64,000 nucleotides of DNA from Thermoplasmatota archaeon (GTDB lineage Archaea > Thermoplasmatota > E2 > JACPAO01 > JAHFTW01). The number at the start of each line of letters is the position of its first letter. Position 1 is the first letter of the stretch. Of the stretch, positions 57,842 through 64,000 are shown one piece after another. The position numbers and the translations under genes are program-made. The stretch covers positions 160,001 to 224,000 of the forward strand of contig JBFIHX010000001.1 of the NCBI GenBank assembly GCA_041601615.1, read 5' to 3'. The notes below the pieces were generated by a model that did not search any database, was not told the origin of the DNA, and was given only the letters and a program-made list of their open reading frames with translations.

Positions 57842-60315
57842 GCCCCGACACGCCCGAACAACGCAAGGCAAAACAAGCCAAGAAGGCCCCACAAGCCGCG
57901 GACCCCGCACCCCAAACCGAGCAAGAACGACTCGATGCCCTGCTGGCCCGAAAAGCCAGCGACACCAAGGATTCCGCCAAAAAAAGCAGCCCGCCGCCGC
58001 CCTCCGCCGTCGACCTAGAGGCCTTGCGCGGACGCGCCCTCTCCTCACGCACCACGCCCGCCCCAGACGCCAGCCGTCCCCCCACCGCAGGCGCCCCACC
58101 CCCCGCTGGCCAGACCCCCCGAGGACCTATACGCACCAGTGCGCCTCGACCGGGAGCCGCCGCAGCACCCGGCAGCAAAGCGCCCGCCTCGAGCACCACG
58201 CCGCCGGGCGAACCTGGCGCCGCCCCTGGCTCCAAATCCGCAGCACCCCAGGTCAAACCCGAACCATCCAAGGACCTCAAAGCGGCAGCCGCGCCAGCAC
58301 CCACGTCCGAGCCAACCAAAACGCCGAGCCCCAAGAGCGACGCGGACCCGGACGCCAAAGGAGAGACGGAACCAACTTCCCCCGAACCAGAGGCCGACGC
58401 AAAACCCCAAGGTGCAAGCGAAGAAGCCCCCGAATCCGCCGAACTCGAAAGTGAAGCAGAAAGTGAAGCAGCCGAACGAGGCGAATACGGCACCCGCCGC
58501 GCCAAGGTCGGCGAAAAAATCGAACGCGGCCTCAAAGCCGTCGACAGCCAAGACGCCGAGAGCGTCATCCAAAAACAACTCAAAGGCACAGCCCGGCCCG
58601 ACGCCGTCAAGCTGCCCGTGTTTCCCGCACCCTCCAGCGAACGACCCAAAGCGCTCGACTTGGAAGAAGTACGCCGCCAAGAAATCGCCGAAAAGGAAGC
58701 ACAACGCCGCGCCGAACTGCTGGAGGACCTCGACGAGGAAACCCAGCGCAAACTCGAAAAAGACTGGGCCGTCGAAGACAAACTTGACTACCGCCCCGAC
58801 CCCGACGACGTGGAAGTGGAAGTCTACCCCATCCAGGAGCCGTTCTCCTACATCCAAATCGTGCGCAACACCCGCACGCACGAGATGATCTACCACGCCA
58901 TCGAACCGCGCCTCAGCCGCGATGAGCAGTTCCTGCTTCGCTTCATCGAGGAAACCCTCGTAGACGTGCTCGATTTGCAGCCCGGAGAACTCGAAAAGAA
59001 GGAACTCGACGAGTACATCCGAGGCAAATTCGACGAAGTGCTCTTCGACTACAGCATCAGCCTAGGCGACGAAGAATCCGAAGCCGACGAAAGCCGCGAA
59101 CGCCTCCTTTACTACGTCCTTCGAGACTTCATCGGCGAAGGCCCCATCAACATTCTCATCAACGACGAAATGATTGAGGACATCTCCTGCGACGGACCCC
59201 ACGTCCCCATCTTCGTCTACCACCGCAAATACGAAGCCCTCACCACCACCGTACGCTACAGCGGCCACGAAAGCCTCGACTCCTTCGTCATACGCCTCGC
59301 CCAACGCGCCGGCAAACACGTGAGCATCGCCGAACCCATCCTCGATGCAACCATGCGCGATGGAAGCCGCCTGCAAGCGACCCTCGCCAAGGAAGTCAGC
59401 TCCTTCGGATCCACCTTCACCATCCGCAAGTTCCGCGAAGTGCCGTTTACGCCCATCGACCTCGTGCGCTTCGGCACCATGTCCTCTTCGATGCTCGCCT
59501 ACCTCTGGATGGTCATCGAACACCACATGAGCGCCATGTACGCAGGCGGAACCGCCTCGGGAAAAACCACGGCCATCAACGCCATCATGATGTTCATCCC
59601 GCCGCAAAACAAGGTCGTTACCATCGAAGACACCCGCGAATTGCGCGTGCCCCAACCCAACTGGATCGCCGGCATCACCCGCGACGGCTTCGGCCCCCGC
59701 GACGCCCACGGCCGCCAAGCGGGCGAAATCGACATGTTCCAGCTTCTCAAAAACGCCCTGCGTCAACGCCCCGACTACATCATCGTCGGTGAAGTGCGCG
59801 GCGCAGAAGCCTACAACTTGTTCCAAGCCATGGCCACCGGACACGCCGCCTACGGCACCATGCACGCCGACTCAGTCGACGCAGTCATCCACCGCCTGGA
59901 ATCCGACCCCATCAACATCCCGCGCTCCCTGCTGGAAGCACTGGATGTGGTGGCAGTACAGATTCAGACCCGTGTCGCTGAAAAGCGCGTCCGGCGCACC
60001 AAACAAATCACCGAGATTGTGGGCCTCGACCCCAACACCCGTGAAATTCTCACCAACGAAGTGTTCCACTGGGACCCCGAGACGGACTCGTTCATCTACT
60101 CCGGCATCAGCTACGTCCTCGAACGCATCGCCGTGGAAACGGGCAAATCACCCAAGCACGTTGCCCAAGAAATGGAGGATCGGGTGCGGCTCATCAACCA
60201 CATGATGGACATGGATCTTCGCGACTACCACAAAATCGCCTCCATCCTCACGAACTACTTCAAAGTCAAGGATGATGTCATGGCCATCGTCGACTCGGGG
60301 GCCTCATGGGACTGA
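57838..60315 (+). CDS. type II/IV secretion (PilB/TadA/ArlI-like) ATPase
   Basis: IEDISCDG, GGTASGKTT, TIEDTREL, LRQRPDYIIVGEVRG and TGH...TMHA; long Pro/Ala-rich N-terminus. Confidence 0.95.
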   Translation: MSPDTPEQRKAKQAKKAPQAADPAPQTEQERLDALLARKASDTKDSAKKSSPPPPSAVDLEALRGRALSSRTTPAPDASRPPTAGAPPPAGQTPRGPIRTSAPRPGAAAAPGSKAPASSTTPPGEPGAAPGSKSAAPQVKPEPSKDLKAAAAPAPTSEPTKTPSPKSDADPDAKGETEPTSPEPEADAKPQGASEEAPESAELESEAESEAAERGEYGTRRAKVGEKIERGLKAVDSQDAESVIQKQLKGTARPDAVKLPVFPAPSSERPKALDLEEVRRQEIAEKEAQRRAELLEDLDEETQRKLEKDWAVEDKLDYRPDPDDVEVEVYPIQEPFSYIQIVRNTRTHEMIYHAIEPRLSRDEQFLLRFIEETLVDVLDLQPGELEKKELDEYIRGKFDEVLFDYSISLGDEESEADESRERLLYYVLRDFIGEGPINILINDEMIEDISCDGPHVPIFVYHRKYEALTTTVRYSGHESLDSFVIRLAQRAGKHVSIAEPILDATMRDGSRLQATLAKEVSSFGSTFTIRKFREVPFTPIDLVRFGTMSSSMLAYLWMVIEHHMSAMYAGGTASGKTTAINAIMMFIPPQNKVVTIEDTRELRVPQPNWIAGITRDGFGPRDAHGRQAGEIDMFQLLKNALRQRPDYIIVGEVRGAEAYNLFQAMATGHAAYGTMHADSVDAVIHRLESDPINIPRSLLEALDVVAVQIQTRVAEKRVRRTKQITEIVGLDPNTREILTNEVFHWDPETDSFIYSGISYVLERIAVETGKSPKHVAQEMEDRVRLINHMMDMDLRDYHKIASILTNYFKVKDDVMAIVDSGASWD

Positions 60316-61175
60316 CAGGGACGCAACGGTTTGCCTACAAGGTATTCGGCATACGCGCCGCCAGCTCCAAAGGATTGCCCAAGCTCAAAGAAGCAATTCG
60401 CAAGGCCCAGATGCCGGTGCGCGCCGAAGCATACCTTGCCCAAAGCATCCTCTACGGCCTCGGCACCGCCGCCGTCATGTTCCTTCTGACATTGATGATC
60501 GTGCCCGTGCTGACCGCCGTCCTGGGCATGAGCCCAGCGCTGTGGATGCTGGTGCTTGTCGTGCCTCCCATGGGCGGCTTCATCGCCTACACCGCCCTCG
60601 TGGGCACCCCCGCCAGCAACGCCAAAAAGCGCGGCAAAAACATCAACACCAAACTTCCCTACGCCACGAACTACATCGCCGCCATGGCTTCGGCCGGTGT
60701 CATTCCTGCCGAGATTTTCAAGAGCTTGGCCAACCAGACGATCTATGGCGAAGTGGCCCGCGAAGCCGCCATGATGTACAAGGACATGCACGTTCACGGC
60801 AAAGACATCGTTACGAGCCTGCGCCGCGCCATGGACCGCACACCCAGCGTGAAGTTCCAAGAACTGCTGCAAGGCGCCATCACCACCGTCACCAGCGGTG
60901 GCGACCTCACCGCCTACTTCCACCAAAAAGCCACGCGCTACCAATGGGAAAACCGCGTCGAGCAAAAATCATTCATCGAAACCATGGGCCTCATGGCCGA
61001 GACCTACGTCACCGCCGCCGTCGCCGGGCCGCTGTTTCTGCTCGTCATGGTCGCCATCATCGTCTTGATGGGAAGCGGCAAGATGAGCCAATTGCAACTG
61101 CTCGTCTACCTCCTACTGCCCGTGATCAACATCGGCTTCATGTTCGGCATCAAGAGCATGATCCCGGAGGTCTAG
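60306..61175 (+). CDS. type II secretion F-family (TadC/PilC) membrane protein
   Basis: INTKLPYA, YGEVARE, TPSVKFQELL and LMAETYV motifs. Confidence 0.92.
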   Translation: MGLTGTQRFAYKVFGIRAASSKGLPKLKEAIRKAQMPVRAEAYLAQSILYGLGTAAVMFLLTLMIVPVLTAVLGMSPALWMLVLVVPPMGGFIAYTALVGTPASNAKKRGKNINTKLPYATNYIAAMASAGVIPAEIFKSLANQTIYGEVAREAAMMYKDMHVHGKDIVTSLRRAMDRTPSVKFQELLQGAITTVTSGGDLTAYFHQKATRYQWENRVEQKSFIETMGLMAETYVTAAVAGPLFLLVMVAIIVLMGSGKMSQLQLLVYLLLPVINIGFMFGIKSMIPEV

Positions 61176-61176
61176 C

Positions 61177-63519
61177 ATGAGCGACGAGGATCCAAAGAAG
61201 GCCGCCCGCACCGACGCCGAAACCGAGGCCGCCCCGGACACCATCGACGACCTCGACCTACCCGAAGGCGCCATCGTCGAAGACATCGACGACCTCGACC
61301 TACCCGAAGGCGCCGTGGTGGAAGACATCGAAGTGCCCGGAACGCCTGAAGGCCCCGCGAGTACCTCCGAATCCGCCATATCCGACGCCGCCGACACCTC
61401 CGACGCGGCTCCAAGCGATGCCGAAGAAGACAAGAAACCCCGCTTCGAACTAAGCCACGACCGCGAAGCCGCTCGCCACGGCAGCGTCAGCGACGACCTC
61501 GAAAACCCCGAAATCGAAGCCGCACCCATCGAAGCCGCAGCCCCCGAACGCACCAAGCTCAGCCGCAAACAACGCAAATCACTCGCCAAAAAAGGCCTGG
61601 ATTCCGGTCTCGTGCACAGCAGCCAACTCGACGAACGATTGCGCCACGGCGACGCGGAGGCAACCCCCCGCGACCGCGCCCTGAAAATGGTCTTCGACGC
61701 CGTCACCATCACGAGCCTCCTGCTCCTCGTAGCAGTCATCGCGGGCGCCGCCGGCTTCATCGGATTCCTCGCCTCCGTCCCTGCCCAAGTCTACACGCTC
61801 GCCCTCGTCGCCACCCTGCTTGCAGGCAACGGATTCCTGTTCAACCAAATCCGCTGGCGCGCCCTACGCGGCCACCAAGGCATCCATGTCCTTGAAAAAT
61901 GGAAGGCCGACCTGCAACTGACCGTCGCGAGCATCATCGCCCTGTTCACGGTCATTTTCATCGCATTCATCGAAATCGCGGCCCTCCTGGCGTTCCTCGG
62001 AGTCATCAATGTAGGCACCGCCGGCAACGCCCTAGCACGCAACTTCGCGCTCTTCCAAATCATCATCCTCCTCGTCTACGCCCTGACGCTGGTGGTGCGC
62101 GAAAACAACGTCACGAGCTACCAACCACACCGCAACACCGTCATCGCCAGCTGGGTGCTCACGGGTGTCGCCGGCGTCGCCGTGCTGTTTGGTGTCCTCC
62201 TGACCACAGGCGGCCCCCAAAGCGCCGGCATCCTTGCCAACATCACCCGCGGCCAAGGCATCTACATCGTCACCCTCGGCGTCGGCCTCGAATTCATTGC
62301 CGTCCGCATCCGCTTGCGCCTACCCTCCGTCGTCAGCCTCTTCAAAGCAGCCGTAGACGTCAGCATGCGCGCCAACGAGGAAATGCGCGTACAACTGCAA
62401 AAACGCGCCCAACGCACCTACCTCGCATCCTTTGCCTTCGTCGCCCTCAGCATGGCATTCGCGGGCGCCATCGCCACCGGCAACCTAGGCCTCGGTGGCG
62501 GCAGCGCAACCCTCGCCCTCGTCATATTCTACGTCGGCACCGCCATCATCTTGATGGGACTCATCACGGTACGCATCTTCCAAGGACGCAACCTTGAACG
62601 CCGCACAATCAAGGACGAAGGCGACCTCGAGTCCCTCATTGGCCAAAAACGCAAAGCGCCCGCCGAAGTGTTCCGCATCGCCGTCTTCGGCATCACCGCA
62701 TTCATGGCCGCCATGTTCGTACTCCTGGCCGTCATGGTCGGCACCGAACGACTGCCCATCTTCGAGAAAAAATACGCCACGGACCTCTTCATCGTCGCCA
62801 TCATGTTCGGCGCCGGCCCGTACGGCTTCTACTTCAACTCCGAACGCAAACGGATGGGCGCCATCGACGAGAAATTCCCCGACTTCCTGCGCGACATCGC
62901 CGAATCCGCCCGCGCCGGCATGACCCTCCCCCGCGCCCTCGTCACCGCCGCCAGCGGCAACTACGGAGCCCTCACCAAGGACATCCGACAAATGGCCGCG
63001 CAGGTAGAATGGGGCGTAGAATTTGCAGAGGCACTGGAACGCTTTGCCGAACGAGCCAACACCCCCCTCATCGACCGAACCGTGTCGCTCGTGGTGGAGG
63101 CGCAACGCGCCGGAGGCAACGTCGTGGACATTCTGACCGCGGCCTCGGACGACGCACGCGAAATCAAACAGATCGTCAGCGAACGAGACGAACAAATGCA
63201 GATGTACAGCGTCGTCGTCTACATCGCCTTCTTCGTGTTCATCGCCGTGGTGCTCATCCTGTCCGCCCAATTCATCCCGGCCTTCAAGGAGGCCGTGGGC
63301 GCCGCCAGCGGCGAACAAGTGGGCGGCCTCAACTTCAAAGATTTTGATCCTGAAGACTTCAACACCCTGTTCTTCCACGCCGCCATTGTCCAAGCCATCG
63401 GCGGCGGACTCGTCGGCGGTGTCCTCACCAAAGGCCACCCGGTCGCTGGCTTCAGCAACATCGTCATCATGCTGATCGCGTCGTGGCTAAGCTTCCGCGT
63501 CCTCATCGGAGTGATGTGA
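61177..63519 (+). CDS. TadC/PilC membrane protein with large N-terminal extension
   Basis: C-terminal IDEKFPDFLRDIAESARAGM T2SSF domain; acidic N-terminus and many additional TM helices. Confidence 0.9.
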   Translation: MSDEDPKKAARTDAETEAAPDTIDDLDLPEGAIVEDIDDLDLPEGAVVEDIEVPGTPEGPASTSESAISDAADTSDAAPSDAEEDKKPRFELSHDREAARHGSVSDDLENPEIEAAPIEAAAPERTKLSRKQRKSLAKKGLDSGLVHSSQLDERLRHGDAEATPRDRALKMVFDAVTITSLLLLVAVIAGAAGFIGFLASVPAQVYTLALVATLLAGNGFLFNQIRWRALRGHQGIHVLEKWKADLQLTVASIIALFTVIFIAFIEIAALLAFLGVINVGTAGNALARNFALFQIIILLVYALTLVVRENNVTSYQPHRNTVIASWVLTGVAGVAVLFGVLLTTGGPQSAGILANITRGQGIYIVTLGVGLEFIAVRIRLRLPSVVSLFKAAVDVSMRANEEMRVQLQKRAQRTYLASFAFVALSMAFAGAIATGNLGLGGGSATLALVIFYVGTAIILMGLITVRIFQGRNLERRTIKDEGDLESLIGQKRKAPAEVFRIAVFGITAFMAAMFVLLAVMVGTERLPIFEKKYATDLFIVAIMFGAGPYGFYFNSERKRMGAIDEKFPDFLRDIAESARAGMTLPRALVTAASGNYGALTKDIRQMAAQVEWGVEFAEALERFAERANTPLIDRTVSLVVEAQRAGGNVVDILTAASDDAREIKQIVSERDEQMQMYSVVVYIAFFVFIAVVLILSAQFIPAFKEAVGAASGEQVGGLNFKDFDPEDFNTLFFHAAIVQAIGGGLVGGVLTKGHPVAGFSNIVIMLIASWLSFRVLIGVM
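61242..61330 (+). repeat. 42-bp coding tandem duplication
   Basis: Encodes IDDLDLPEGA[IV]VED twice. Confidence 0.85.
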
Positions 63520-64000
63520 TGCAACCCGCCCGCCTCGGCCCCAGCACCCGAGTCCTTCGCCGCGTTCCCCTGCTTCGACACGCATGCCCAGGCTCCGCTC
63601 GCACCCGCAGCCTCCACGCGGACGAAAACGCCACCATGGCCGTCTTCGAAGCCATCATCGCGGGCATGATGATTCTGACCGCCATCCTGTTTCTGACCGC
63701 CATCGGACGGCCCACCCCCGCCTCCGGCCAGGGCGGCATCGATCTTGGCCAAAACGCCGCCGACACGCTCTCCATTCTACGCGACCGCGACGCCGACCTC
63801 CCCGGCACCTACCCCGACCGACTCACCGAAATCGTAGAACTGGCCATGGCCGGCAATACCGCCGACGCCGAAGATTTCCTCGATGAAATCGTTCCCCTCG
63901 GCACCCGCTACCTCGTACGCCTTGACAACGGAATTTCGCCACTGATTCTGTTTCCACACGGCAGCGGACCCGACCTAACCCCCCGCGCCGCCCGCGCCGC
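63519..64000 (+). CDS. pilin-like protein, truncated by the window end
   Basis: ATG overlaps the TadC stop; class III-like DENA/TMAVFEAIIAGMMIL; frame open to the end. Confidence 0.7.
   Translation, partial: MQPARLGPSTRVLRRVPLLRHACPGSARTRSLHADENATMAVFEAIIAGMMILTAILFLTAIGRPTPASGQGGIDLGQNAADTLSILRDRDADLPGTYPDRLTEIVELAMAGNTADAEDFLDEIVPLGTRYLVRLDNGISPLILFPHGSGPDLTPRAARA

Overview
GC-rich archaeal chromosome segment, most consistent with Thermoplasmatota. Evidence: SRP54, pelota, RqcH/NFACT, TrmY, Nip7, NOG1, AK6, split purS/purL/purQ, CCA-less intronless tRNAs with an archaeal C1-G72 tRNA-Tyr, and DnaK/GrpE. The backbone is housekeeping: gcvPA/PB/H, proAB, glyA, pur genes, trxA, tRNA-Tyr, tRNA-Pro and an MNT-HEPN toxin-antitoxin pair, ending in a type IV pilus-like locus. 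Several small, more AT-rich accessory patches without integrase or transposase interrupt it. (i) A 4.8-kb island bounded by a 20-bp perfect direct repeat at the trxA promoter encodes a lipoprotein, a secreted Gly-rich/Cys-repeat protein and a double winged-helix protein, plus a highly structured non-coding stretch with two crossing 11-bp stems. (ii) A glyA-purS island holds a secreted 7-blade RCC1/BLIP-II-like propeller and a tandem array of small secreted peptides, each with two C-x15/16-C loops. (iii) A grpE-dnaK insert holds another secreted Cys peptide, two in-frame orphan copies of one gene 3' end and a lone receiver domain. The Cys-loop peptide array and the repeat-bounded island are the best candidates for an undescribed system. 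All calls come from motif recognition by eye; no database searches were run.
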